From: a virus
Lineage: Duplodnaviria; Heunggongvirae; Uroviricota; Caudoviricetes
Strand: one strand, 5' to 3'
Length of the DNA: 23,210 bases
Virus record (IMG/VR): IMGVR_UViG_2861069343_000008
Shown here: positions 8,430 to 16,468 of the stretch, one piece after another
How the letters are laid out: each line of letters starts with the position of its first letter
How positions within the stretch are numbered: position 1 is the stretch's first letter
Made by a program: the position numbers and the translations under genes
Notes under the pieces: model-generated
The model's database searches: none
Told to the model about the DNA's origin: nothing
The model's input: the letters and a program-made list of their open reading frames with translations, nothing else

Positions 8430-8552
8430 TCATACTCCTGCTCCTGTCAGGGTTTTGGCGTAATTCTTCAGTATTCGGTAATCGGTCAAAACAGAACCGG
8501 GGAAACGATATAAGCGCAGATGCCCCCAGCGGTGGCGAAGAAGTTCTGCCAT
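8430..8552 (-). CDS. Small ORF between rusA and Q (YlcG-like position)
   Basis: Hand translation of the minus strand gives a 40-aa ORF, MAELLRHRWGHLRLYRFPGSVLTDYRILKNYAKTLTGAGV. It is below the ORF-track cutoff, and the assignment rests on position only. Confidence 0.3.
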   Translation of the reverse strand: MAELLRHRWGHLRLYRFPGSVLTDYRILKNYAKTLTGAGV

Positions 8553-8566
8553 ATAAAACTCAAACA

Positions 8567-8929
8567 TCATTCATTCCCCATTTCGGTGATGGTCAGTTCC
8601 AGCCTCCCACCTTTGGTAACAGGCATCTTCACAACGCGGTAATCAACGACCTGAGCATCATCCAGCCAGAAACCTGCTTTAGTGAGTGCGTCAAAAGCGG
8701 CTTTTTGCAGATTATCCAGGTCACGGCGACGGCGATCCGGCATGTGGCACTCAATGCGGATTTTCACAGGCATAGCCAGGCCGATATCCAGCATTGCGTT
8801 TTTAATGATTCGGGCGACGTTATCGCGGTATGCCTGCCCCTCTGCGCTGACGTGCGTGCGCCCGCGATTATGGCGGTAATAGCGATTATTGCTCGGAGGC
8901 CAGGGTAATGTGATGTTGTAGGTATTCAC
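8567..8929 (-). CDS. rusA: Holliday-junction resolvase RusA
   Basis: 120-aa product (V)[37 protein letters not shown]…[13 protein letters not shown] resembles E. coli RusA. A GTG start at 8927-8929 overlaps the ybcO stop. The longer track ORF is an upstream in-frame extension. Confidence 0.9.
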   Translation of the reverse strand: MNTYNITLPWPPSNNRYYRHNRGRTHVSAEGQAYRDNVARIIKNAMLDIGLAMPVKIRIECHMPDRRRRDLDNLQKAAFDALTKAGFWLDDAQVVDYRVVKMPVTKGGRLELTITEMGNE

Positions 8930-9216
8930 GCCTTGATTACCCCCTCTTTCATCCAGATAACCTGCGTTCTCGCCATACCTTCCAGCGCGCATTCTTTTGC
9001 ATATGCGGCATCGACAAAATGTGTGCGGCGGTCGATTTCGTCGTGGCAGGCAGAACATGCAATGGTGGCAATCAGGTCTGGCGGTTTGGTACCGGTGCCG
9101 CACAATCCAGTCAGCCGGATATGTGCCAGTACAGACGTTTCAGGGTTGCCATTACATACGCCAGGGGTTCTTACCTGGCATTCCCGACCACGCGCTGCTT
9201 TTCTCAAATCAGCCAT
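8926..9216 (-). CDS. ybcO: YbcO-family protein (DUF1364, Cys-rich putative nuclease)
   Basis: [37 protein letters not shown]… resembles DLP12 YbcO. Start is the internal Met of the 109-aa track ORF and overlaps the ninE stop. Confidence 0.8.
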   Translation of the reverse strand: MADLRKAARGRECQVRTPGVCNGNPETSVLAHIRLTGLCGTGTKPPDLIATIACSACHDEIDRRTHFVDAAYAKECALEGMARTQVIWMKEGVIKA

Positions 9217-9379
9217 GATTCCTCCTTGCTGCCAGTCGCAACCATTTTTTATCAACCAGGCTGGCGGTATATCCGAGCAGTGTTGGTATTTCGGATGGCT
9301 TCAGCTCAGGTTTACGCTTACGACGATTTGGTACTCTGTAGATGTGTCCGTTCATGACACGAATAAGCGGTGTAGCCAT
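9209..9379 (-). CDS. ninE: NinE-like small protein
   Basis: Hand-translated 56-aa ORF ([56 protein letters not shown]), below the track cutoff. Its start overlaps the ybcN stop (TAATG) and its stop overlaps the ybcO start, a typical nin-region coupling. Confidence 0.65.
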   Translation of the reverse strand: MATPLIRVMNGHIYRVPNRRKRKPELKPSEIPTLLGYTASLVDKKWLRLAARRNHG

Positions 9380-9834
9380 TACGCCTCCTGCTTGTCGCGC
9401 AGCAGCTGGAACTCGCAGCTCTGCGGAATAGTCAGGTGGCAGCCAATATTCATCGCCCAGGCTTCAACCTTACACAGGAAGACATACATCTCTCCGGCAT
9501 CAAGATCGGAGGTATGGCGTAACGACTGGATAGTGGTGATTTCACCGGTTACGACATCAACCAGTTCTTTGGTTTCATAACCGAGGTATGTGTGTTTGAG
9601 AGCTTCTTTTACCCATGCTGCGGTAGCGAACGATTTCCCCCTGCTGATAAGGTATTCACTGATTTCGCTGTACCACATGTGGCTGAGTGCATTCTGGGAA
9701 AGACTGCGTTTCTCACGCCACGGTTTAAGCACCATGCGAAAGCATTTTCCGTCCTCCAGATAAGGCTGGATCTGCTGGCCGATAGCGGTGAAGTTGCCGC
9801 GATGTAATTTGATGCCATCTTGTGGTAGGTTCAC
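9379..9834 (-). CDS. ybcN: YbcN-family nin-region protein (DLP12 YbcN-like)
   Basis: 151 aa, [58 protein letters not shown]… resembles K-12 YbcN as recalled. Confidence 0.8.
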   Translation of the reverse strand: MNLPQDGIKLHRGNFTAIGQQIQPYLEDGKCFRMVLKPWREKRSLSQNALSHMWYSEISEYLISRGKSFATAAWVKEALKHTYLGYETKELVDVVTGEITTIQSLRHTSDLDAGEMYVFLCKVEAWAMNIGCHLTIPQSCEFQLLRDKQEA

Positions 9835-10024
9835 GCTTCACCTCCGCAGAGGTCAAACGCAGGATGCAAAAAATCGCAGGTGCATTTCTGCATCTGTGAA
9901 GGGAGAAGAGAGTTTGGATTGTATGTGCGCATAAACGTCCCCGTTTAGCGCAGAAGTCACCGGAGTTGTTCAAGCTCCGATGACTTTATTATTACGAATT
10001 GATTTTACAAAATCAAAAGGTATG

Positions 10025-10477
10025 TTAGTGACGCGGGTCTGTTATTATGCGAGAAGGGTTTCCGTATAAAACAAGGACCTTACTTCCTTGAGTAAATAAC
10101 GGATCTTTGCCTTGAACAATGGTCATTAAATTCCCATTCTCAGTTTCGACAACATATTCCATGCCTGTTTGTTTTGTTGCTGAAGATTCGATTGCTGCCC
10201 CGGCAATACCACCAATGACTGCACCACCAACGGCACCAACGATATTAGAACGAACTCCCCCACCAAGCGCAGAACCAGCGGTTGCCCCCACGGCAGCCCC
10301 AGCAGTCCCGCCTAACGCGGAAGTCCCACTGATATCAACCCCCCTGGCACTAATAACTGTACCAGCGATAGTTCGATTAACCATGCCCACAGAGCCAACA
10401 GAATAACTATTTGGCGATATATTTTGTGCGCATCCAACCAACACTAAGAGTGGAGCAATTACGAATAATCGCTTCAT
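10025..10477 (-). CDS. Glycine-zipper lipoprotein (Pcp/SlyB-like)
   Basis: 150 aa. Lipoprotein signal MKRLFVIAPLLVLVGC, then a Gly/Ala-rich glycine-zipper segment (GTSALGGTAGAAVGATAGSALGGGV…GAVGGAVIGGIAGAAI). Start overlaps the stop of the upstream lipoprotein gene. Confidence 0.6.
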   Translation of the reverse strand: MKRLFVIAPLLVLVGCAQNISPNSYSVGSVGMVNRTIAGTVISARGVDISGTSALGGTAGAAVGATAGSALGGGVRSNIVGAVGGAVIGGIAGAAIESSATKQTGMEYVVETENGNLMTIVQGKDPLFTQGSKVLVLYGNPSRIITDPRH

Positions 10478-11034
10478 TTAGCTACCCTAACAGGAAACAT
10501 TGGACGAGAAAGATCAACACTTTCTAATGCTTGCAAGAACTGCGTTATGTTGTTTTGCACCGCGCGATTAACAGATTCGCGTGCTCGAACAATACCGTAG
10601 AATGCGTAACTGGCTGGAACAGTACCGGTAGACTCAATATCCTGCGTATATATAATATCACCATTCGCACGGTTGATTATTTCATACCTTGCAATTGCTT
10701 TAGTTGTCATTGAAACACCAAAAGCAGGAACGTCAAGAGCCAACACTTTAACATTTAAGCTAACCGTATTTGGTGAACTATCACGAAAAATAGTCATTCG
10801 GTCGAGTGCTTCCTGCAAAGATTCACGCCAAATTGGAGTTATAGCCTCCATACCAGCAGTGATATCCCCTTTCTGCTCATCTGGACGAGCAAGTGATACC
10901 GTTAATGACTTAATTTCAGCATCTATTTTTTTCTGGCTAACTCCCACGTTAGGTGTTGAAAAATTCAATGGTGGCACACTAGCGCAACCTGTTAAAGAAC
11001 CAATAATCATGGCTAATAATATTATCTTCTTCAT
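10474..11034 (-). CDS. Lipoprotein of unknown function
   Basis: 186 aa. Signal peptide with lipobox (MKKIILLAMIIGSLTGC). No family recognised by eye. Translationally coupled to the glycine-zipper lipoprotein. Confidence 0.6.
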   Translation of the reverse strand: MKKIILLAMIIGSLTGCASVPPLNFSTPNVGVSQKKIDAEIKSLTVSLARPDEQKGDITAGMEAITPIWRESLQEALDRMTIFRDSSPNTVSLNVKVLALDVPAFGVSMTTKAIARYEIINRANGDIIYTQDIESTGTVPASYAFYGIVRARESVNRAVQNNITQFLQALESVDLSRPMFPVRVAK

Positions 11035-11275
11035 AAATTTACCTTATTGTTATAACCAAAGGAATTATAAAGTAAAAAAGTTCACTATCACTAGCCATTA
11101 ACGACATCAATTTCAGAGAAACATGGTACTCATTTCCACAAATTTGACACAAGTCATTTTCATCTACATATTCCATCATACTTGATGCATATGTTATTGA
11201 AGCCTCTATCCTATCCGTTCATAATAGCAATAGTTACCCGGGTGATAGTACCTCTATGATTACTCGTCTTTCTGA

Positions 11276-11482
11276 TTGATTGGATTAAATATGCGCGCCA
11301 AAATTTATCAACTTTCGTTATGGATATTTATTTCGTTTCTAGCGATCTATGCCTTTATTATCTATAAAGGTTCTTATATTGGAGTAGCATTGCATCAAAT
11401 TGCTTGGATCATCATTATTGCCTCTGGCTTGATTGCTAGGCTAACTAAACCAAAGCAAAAACCAATTTCGTCCAATAATTAG
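11276..11482 (+). CDS. Small hydrophobic protein (two predicted TM helices), hypothetical
   Basis: 68-aa ORF in an AT-rich intergenic region on the opposite strand to neighbouring genes. Hydrophobic stretches LSLWIFISFLAIYAFIIY and IAWIIIIASGLIARL. Start codon uncertain. Confidence 0.3.
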   Translation: MIGLNMRAKIYQLSLWIFISFLAIYAFIIYKGSYIGVALHQIAWIIIIASGLIARLTKPKQKPISSNN

Positions 11483-11518
11483 ACATGTATTAAAAAATGA
11501 TATTTTTATGTACATAGT

Positions 11519-11812
11519 CTATTGAAAATTGCCGCGATAAAATGCCAACACCCGCTTCATCGCGGCACTCTGGCGACACTCCTTGAAAATCAGATTCGTG
11601 CTCACCTTTCCTTCCCGTTCTTCCCTGGTAGCGAACCGGTAATACACCGTTCGCCAGACCTTACCATCAATAACTAAGATTCCTGTCCGCGCCATTTTAG
11701 CCGCAGCCTGGTTTATGCTGGTTACTGTTGCGCCTGTTACCGCAGCAACGTCCTGCGCACAGAAGCTCTTATGCGTCCCCAGGTAATGAATAATTGCTTC
11801 TTTTCCCGTCAT
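11519..11812 (-). CDS. ren: Ren (rex exclusion-escape protein)
   Basis: 97 aa, MTGKEAIIHYLGTHKSFCAQDVAAVTGATVTSINQAAAKMARTGILVIDGKVWRTVYYRFATREEREGK… matches lambda Ren as recalled. Confidence 0.8.
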   Translation of the reverse strand: MTGKEAIIHYLGTHKSFCAQDVAAVTGATVTSINQAAAKMARTGILVIDGKVWRTVYYRFATREEREGKVSTNLIFKECRQSAAMKRVLAFYRGNFQ

Positions 11813-11887
11813 ACACTGGCTCCTTTCAGTCCGAACTTAGCTTTGATTTCTGCAATCTTCGCCAGAGCCTGTGCACGATTTAGAGGT

Positions 11888-12337
11888 CTAAGTGCCTTTA
11901 CCTGATTTGGGTAAACTTTTCTTACCTGATTCAGGTAAATTTACCTCTTTCAGGTAAACTTTATTTTTCTTACCTGATTCGGGTAATGTTGACCATTCAC
12001 TGACCACATTATTAATGCCTATATTCCGCCCGCTCTGAATAAAAATCCCACGCTTTACCAGAACACTTTTTGCAGCAGAACACTTGTGCGGCAATATCCC
12101 GGTCAACTCGGAAAGTTGCTCGTTGCTCACCCAATCCAGTTTTTTATTAAAGCCATATGTTTTGCGCATGACAGCCAGGAAGACCAGAAGCTGGTGCTGT
12201 GTTAATCCGGCCAGCATTACAGCTTCCAGCAACTCATTTGCAATGCGCGTATAACCATCATCGAGATCTGCCACGCGCGGCTCCTTTTGTGCCGCATCCG
12301 GCACTGGAAAATTGAATATCTCAGCAGTGTTTGCCAT
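11888..12337 (-). CDS. O: Replication initiator O, N-terminal iteron-binding domain only (gene truncated just after the iterons)
   Basis: MANTAEIFNFPVPDAAQKEPRVADLDDGYTRIANELLEA…LLVFLAVMRKTYGFNKK… aligns with the lambda O N-terminal domain. GGGAGG Shine-Dalgarno 7 nt upstream. The ORF ends 10 nt past the last iteron and only 76 bp from ren. No O C-terminal domain and no P gene follow. Confidence 0.7.
   Translation of the reverse strand: MANTAEIFNFPVPDAAQKEPRVADLDDGYTRIANELLEAVMLAGLTQHQLLVFLAVMRKTYGFNKKLDWVSNEQLSELTGILPHKCSAAKSVLVKRGIFIQSGRNIGINNVVSEWSTLPESGKKNKVYLKEVNLPESGKKSLPKSGKGT
11898..11986. repeat. Origin iterons: four 17-bp near-palindromic direct repeats inside the O reading frame
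   Basis: TTACCTGATTTGGGTAA (11898-11914), TTACCTGATTCAGGTAA (11922-11938, perfect palindrome), TTACCTCTTTCAGGTAA (11941-11957) and TTACCTGATTCGGGTAA (11970-11986). They encode the LPESGKK repeats at the end of the ORF. Confidence 0.75.
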
Positions 12338-12423
12338 AATTCCTCCCGCAATGAGTGTGTTACGATTTGCACCTGAAAGTCGGTTCTGTTCCAGCAGACC
12401 GGCTTTCGCCATTTCTGAACCTG

Positions 12424-12963
12424 TCATATCGCCCCCAGCATGGTAGTAACCATCGCCATCAATGGACCAGCCAGATCTGGGTCCACACGAAACATCGACA
12501 CAATACCTTCACTAATTTCCTTCAGTTTCTGGTGGCGTGGTGCGTTGAGAATGACAGCCTGTTTTGCCTCACTGAGTTCCTTTTCCATTTCAGCCAACCT
12601 AGCCATGAAGCTATCCTGCTCAACCAGGTAACCGCGATATTCCAGCGGTAGTACCGCCAGAATTGCCGGGGTCAGTTCACGCACGTTATTTCGGTATTTT
12701 TCAGAATCGAATTTGTTATCGAGGAAGCGGAACAGCTTCTGGCGTGCACGGCTGACATCATCAGGGAAATCGATGGTGCCGCCGCCCTGCTCCCGATACT
12801 CATTCACAATGAGTGTGGCAACGACATCCTGATTATCTTCAGCCGACCAAGCGCGGACGGCATCACGGATTTTTTCGTGGCCTGGCACCTGTTTTGTTTG
12901 AGAACGATTTATCACCGCAGTCGGGCTAAATCCGCTAGTCTGTTGGTATGTAAGTGGTTGCAT
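12424..12963 (-). CDS. YdaT-like protein (occupies the cII position downstream of cro)
   Basis: 179-aa ORF directly downstream of the cro-like gene and upstream of O. Family assignment is a tentative recollection of Rac YdaT-type proteins. Confidence 0.45.
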   Translation of the reverse strand: MQPLTYQQTSGFSPTAVINRSQTKQVPGHEKIRDAVRAWSAEDNQDVVATLIVNEYREQGGGTIDFPDDVSRARQKLFRFLDNKFDSEKYRNNVRELTPAILAVLPLEYRGYLVEQDSFMARLAEMEKELSEAKQAVILNAPRHQKLKEISEGIVSMFRVDPDLAGPLMAMVTTMLGAI

Positions 12964-13032
12964 AATTGACTCCTTTAGTTTGAATTGACTGTTAAGTTGA
13001 TTGCTTATTGTTAAAGAGCGTGAAATGGAAAT

Positions 13033-13263
13033 TTAAGCTGCGTTCTTTTCGGTGTGTGGAAACAACTTCGGAAGATCCGGGCGAATCTGGTATGCCTTCA
13101 CTACTCCACCAGTAGCCGTAACAATGCTGCCGACATGTTCAGGGGATACCTTTGCTTTGTTGTGAAGCCACTTATAGACGGCCTGCTGTGAAACTTCGCA
13201 AGCAGCGCCCAGTTTCTTTTGTGAACCAACGATATTGATCGCTGTTTTGATAGCTGGGTTCAT
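13033..13263 (-). CDS. cro: Cro-like HTH repressor (YdaS/Cro family)
   Basis: 76 aa with an HTH (QKKLGAACEVSQQAVYKWLHNK), divergent from cI across an operator-rich spacer. GGAGG Shine-Dalgarno upstream. Confidence 0.7.
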   Translation of the reverse strand: MNPAIKTAINIVGSQKKLGAACEVSQQAVYKWLHNKAKVSPEHVGSIVTATGGVVKAYQIRPDLPKLFPHTEKNAA

Positions 13264-13290
13264 AACAACCTCCGTGGTTAATTTGAATCA

Positions 13291-13362
13291 AGATTAAAAC
13301 TATGGTTGTTTTTAGTCAACAACCATTTTCGTTTGATGGAATAAAACCTTGGTTGTACATTT
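13291..13362. promoter_or_regulatory. OR-like region: divergent pR / pRM with three operator repeats
   Basis: Three related sites: AAAACTATGGTTGTTTT (13297-13313), AACAACCATTTT (about 13318-13331) and AAAACCTTGGTTGTACA (13345-13361). For cro: -35 TTGACT and -10-like TAATCT on the minus strand, with an operator in the spacer. For cI: a -10-like TACATT ending about 7 nt before the ATG. Confidence 0.55.
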
Positions 13363-13367
13363 GGACT

Positions 13368-14057
13368 ATGAAAACAACACTCTCAGAAAGACTTAAAGAA
13401 GCCAGATTAGCGCGAGGCCTTACACAAAAGGCGCTTGGGGATTTGGTCGGGGTTAGCCAAGCTGCTATTCAGAAAATCGAAACAGGGAAAGCTAATCAAA
13501 CAACTAAAATCGTGGAGATCGCGAACGCTTTGGGTGTGCGCGCAGAATGGTTATCTTCTGGCGTTGGAAATATGTCAGACAGTACAGTGCAACCAATACA
13601 ATCAACTGTCAGCCATTCCAAATACTTCAAGATTGACGTTCTTGATATAGAAGTCAGTGCTGGGCCGGGAGTCATCAACCGTGAGTTTGTAGAAGTTCTA
13701 CGCTCGGTTGAGTACTCGTTTGACGATGCTCGTCACATGTTCGATGGTAGGAAGGCGGAAAATATCCGCATCATTAACGTGCGTGGTGACAGCATGTCAG
13801 GAACGATCGAACCAGGTGATCTGCTGTTCGTTGATATCACAGTTAAATCTTTCGACGGTGATGGTATCTATGCGTTTCTGTACGACGACACAGCCCATGT
13901 AAAGCGCCTGCAAATGATGAAGGATAAGCTGCTGGTCATCTCTGATAACAAAAGCTACTCACCGTGGGACCCGATCGAGAAAGACGAGATGAACCGGGTG
14001 TTCATCTTCGGTAAGGTTATTGGGAGCATGCCGCAGACATATAGGAAGCATGGTTAA
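13368..14057 (+). CDS. cI: CI-type prophage repressor (HTH-XRE N-domain plus S24 LexA-like autopeptidase C-domain)
   Basis: MKTTLSERLKEARLARGLTQKALGDLVGVSQAAIQKIETGK… HTH. Ala-Gly cleavage site (VSAGPG), Ser nucleophile in RGDSMSG and Lys in HVKRL. The track ORF starts at 13302 inside the operator, so I prefer 13368. Confidence 0.85.
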   Translation: MKTTLSERLKEARLARGLTQKALGDLVGVSQAAIQKIETGKANQTTKIVEIANALGVRAEWLSSGVGNMSDSTVQPIQSTVSHSKYFKIDVLDIEVSAGPGVINREFVEVLRSVEYSFDDARHMFDGRKAENIRIINVRGDSMSGTIEPGDLLFVDITVKSFDGDGIYAFLYDDTAHVKRLQMMKDKLLVISDNKSYSPWDPIEKDEMNRVFIFGKVIGSMPQTYRKHG

Positions 14058-14179
14058 AGTGAGGCTAAAAAACAGTTACAGCAATAGGCCTGTTGTTTTT
14101 CTTTAAACACGCAGTGTTAAACCGCTCTTTGAGATGCGGAGTAATGAGATGGAAGACTTGAATCACATAAGGGTTAGTG

Positions 14180-14929
14180 ATGGAGTGCGTAGCGAGCAGC
14201 AATAGTGCAATACCTAATGTCGTTGAAGTAATACGTCGCATCAATGAAGGTTCCACTCAGCCATTTCTTTGCAAATGTGATGATGGGCAGTTGTATGTTT
14301 TGAAGTCAAAACCATCAATGCCCCCGAAAAATCTCTTAGCTGAGTTCATTTCGGCGTGTTTGGCTAATGATATCGGCCTTCCTTTACCTGACTTTAAAAT
14401 CGTATTTGTGCCAGAGGAACTTATAGAGTACTCACCTGATCTGCAGCAACAAATTTGTACAGGATATGCCTTTGCTTCATTGTTCATTGACGGTGCAATA
14501 GCGTTAACGTTTACGCAGTCAAGAAACGAAACGATCATCCCAGTCGAACAGCAAAAATTAATCTATGTTTTTGATAAATGGATATTAAATGCAGACAGAA
14601 CGCTTACTGACAAAGGTGGAAACGTTAACATCCTTTATGACATCAGTAACGATAAGTATTATCTGATTGACCATAATCTCTCATTTGATCAGAATGCTGG
14701 ACCTGAAGATTTTTCTGTGCACGTGTACGGCCCTGGTAACCGCAAATGGCAATATGATTTAGTGGATCGCGTAGAGTACCGCCAGAGGGTCGTTAACAGT
14801 TTACACAAGCTTCCTGCTATCCTTGACGAAATTCCAGAAGAGTGGATAGTAGATGAGGAGTTTTTACCTTTTGTCTGCACTACGCTAGACAAAGGTGATT
14901 GTGATGAATTTTGGAGCGCAATAGAATGA
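14180..14929 (+). CDS. Putative kinase-fold protein (HipA / PI3-4-kinase-like motifs) in the rexA position; function unknown
   Basis: About 249 aa, first gene downstream of cI on the same strand. AAGGG Shine-Dalgarno 7 nt upstream. By-eye motifs: VLKSKP (possible ATP-binding Lys), FDKWILNADRTLTDKGGNVNIL (catalytic-loop-like) and YLIDHNLSF (DFG-like). Lower GC than flanking phage genes. Confidence 0.55.
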   Translation: MECVASSNSAIPNVVEVIRRINEGSTQPFLCKCDDGQLYVLKSKPSMPPKNLLAEFISACLANDIGLPLPDFKIVFVPEELIEYSPDLQQQICTGYAFASLFIDGAIALTFTQSRNETIIPVEQQKLIYVFDKWILNADRTLTDKGGNVNILYDISNDKYYLIDHNLSFDQNAGPEDFSVHVYGPGNRKWQYDLVDRVEYRQRVVNSLHKLPAILDEIPEEWIVDEEFLPFVCTTLDKGDCDEFWSAIE

Positions 14930-15753
14930 CAACTCCATGCCTATATAGCATCGTTCGCTATGCGCCTTATGCGGAGACTGAAGAATTCGCAAACATAGGC
15001 GTACTTCTGTGCGCGCCAAAAGAAAATTACTTTGATTTCCAGCTCACAAAGCGAAATGACTCTCGTGTAAAGAATTTTTTCCATGATGATTGTATTTTCC
15101 CTGTAGCAAAAGACTCAATACAAAGAGAACTACAGTTCGCAAAAATGCATGCGACCCAGATTGTTGGACATCAACAACTTGCACAATTCTTCAGATATTT
15201 TACAAACAAAAAAGAATCAATTTTTCAGTTCAGTTCTACGAGAGTGATTCTCAGCGAAAACCCAAAAGAAGAGCTGGCCCGCATTTACAATAAATATGTA
15301 AACCACTCTGACTACACAAAAGAGCGCCGTGAAGATGTTCTAGCCAGAGAGCTAAAACGAAGTATCGATAGAATAGATGGATTGAAGAACGTCTTCAAAC
15401 AAGCAACCATTGATGGGTATTTCGCAAAGTTCTCAATGCCATTGGTCGCCAAGAAGCATGACAGGATCCAATGTGCCATCAAACCTCTGGCATTCACTCA
15501 AGCTGAACCAGGAAAAATGATGGAGCATAGTGATACTTGGGTGATGAGAATAACTCGAGCAGCAGAAGAAAACCTGCTTTCACTTGATGACATTTTATTC
15601 ACAATTGAAACTCCTGAATCACCAAACTCAGGCCAAAGCAAAGTTATTGACATCATAAAGAGAACTATGGATGCTAAGAAAATAAATCATATACCTGCAT
15701 CCAACCACAAAGAAACTATTGATTTTGCAAAAAAAATACTTCCCCAAGTTTAA
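14926..15753 (+). CDS. DUF3037-like protein in the rexB position; function unknown
   Basis: 275 aa. The start ATG overlaps the upstream stop (ATGA), with GGAG 9 nt upstream. The N-terminus (LYSIVRYAPYAETEEFANIGVLL) matches the DUF3037 signature as I recall it. Followed by a strong terminator. Confidence 0.55.
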   Translation: MTTPCLYSIVRYAPYAETEEFANIGVLLCAPKENYFDFQLTKRNDSRVKNFFHDDCIFPVAKDSIQRELQFAKMHATQIVGHQQLAQFFRYFTNKKESIFQFSSTRVILSENPKEELARIYNKYVNHSDYTKERREDVLARELKRSIDRIDGLKNVFKQATIDGYFAKFSMPLVAKKHDRIQCAIKPLAFTQAEPGKMMEHSDTWVMRITRAAEENLLSLDDILFTIETPESPNSGQSKVIDIIKRTMDAKKINHIPASNHKETIDFAKKILPQV

Positions 15754-15787
15754 AATTTATTTTTGTATGTGATATTCCTTATTAATA

Positions 15788-15815
15788 ACCCGGCCACCGT
15801 GCCGGGTTTTCTTTT
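15788..15815 (+). terminator. Rho-independent terminator ending the cI-distal operon
   Basis: ACCCGGC-CACCGT-GCCGGGT hairpin followed by TTTTCTTTTG, 35 bp after the DUF3037-like stop. Confidence 0.65.
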
Positions 15816-15926
15816 GCCTCCCCTCATCACACAAACCGCTCAAAAAACCACCATAACCTCGCTTCAGTTATCGCTATGCGATTCAAGTCACAAAATAAAT
15901 CCATCCTAAATACAACCAGTTATATC

Positions 15927-15985
15927 TAAAACAACCAATAAAACAACTTTTGTTGTTGACGGTAAAACAACTATAGTTTTAAATA
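15927..15985 (+). promoter_or_regulatory. OL / pL-like region: three operator repeats overlapping a rightward promoter
   Basis: Repeats AAAACAACCAAT, AAAACAACTTTTGTTGTT and AAAACAACTATAGTTTT share the OR core. -35 TTGACG (15956-15961), 17-nt spacer containing an operator, -10 TTAAAT (15979-15984). Same architecture as the cro promoter. Confidence 0.5.
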
Positions 15986-16177
15986 GGTTCATCGCAACAA
16001 CACAACGATACGGCAACCACCTGATTCACCGTTGCGATGACCGCTTAGATCCGCAGTTTGAATTTCAGCAGGCTTCGGGGAGTGCGAGGGGTGAAACGGA
16101 CGCGTGAACGTCGGTGTGACCAGCTGAAATCAACTCAACATTTCATACCTTAGTCGCTTCAACGAGGCGGCTTAGTT

Positions 16178-16468
16178 ATGACAACCGGCGGCCATCCACC
16201 GCCTGAATACGCGCAGAAGTCTCTATATGTTCAGCAGCCCAGCTTACGGGCAGGAGTTTTTATGGTTCATCAACATTACGGAACGCAGACCGTTAATCGC
16301 GGCGCGGTCATGCCAGGAATGCTGGTCAAACACAAAGATGGTACCTGGACTGCATCAGCTAATTTACGCGGACGGCTTTATCTGCATCGCGGCATCGAGC
16401 GCACTTATACCCGTGATTTGCTCGTGGAAGTTTTTCTCGACGGACGCGGTAACGGCCTGAATCACTAA
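16178..16468 (+). CDS. Hypothetical protein immediately upstream of gam (kil position)
   Basis: 96-aa ORF with GAGG about 10 nt upstream. Not recognisably lambda N, cIII or Kil. Its stop lies in the sequence where lambda would encode the N-terminal extension of full-length Gam. Confidence 0.45.
   Translation: MTTGGHPPPEYAQKSLYVQQPSLRAGVFMVHQHYGTQTVNRGAVMPGMLVKHKDGTWTASANLRGRLYLHRGIERTYTRDLLVEVFLDGRGNGLNH

Noticed and set aside
8411-9580. Plus-strand ORFs (165, 65, 215, 73 and 112 aa) across 8411-9580
   Set aside because: They are antisense to the well-supported rusA / ybcO / ninE / ybcN genes, lack ribosome-binding sites and have Cys/Arg-rich low-complexity translations typical of shadow ORFs.
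10119-10406. 95-aa Ala/Pro-rich plus-strand ORF
   Set aside because: Reverse-frame shadow of the glycine-zipper lipoprotein gene; the Ala/Pro richness comes from reading Gly/Ala codons on the opposite strand.
14065-14256. 63-aa minus-strand ORF spanning the cI to kinase-gene intergenic region
   Set aside because: Antisense across the intergenic spacer and the start of the kinase-like gene; hydrophobic low-complexity translation and no ribosome-binding site.
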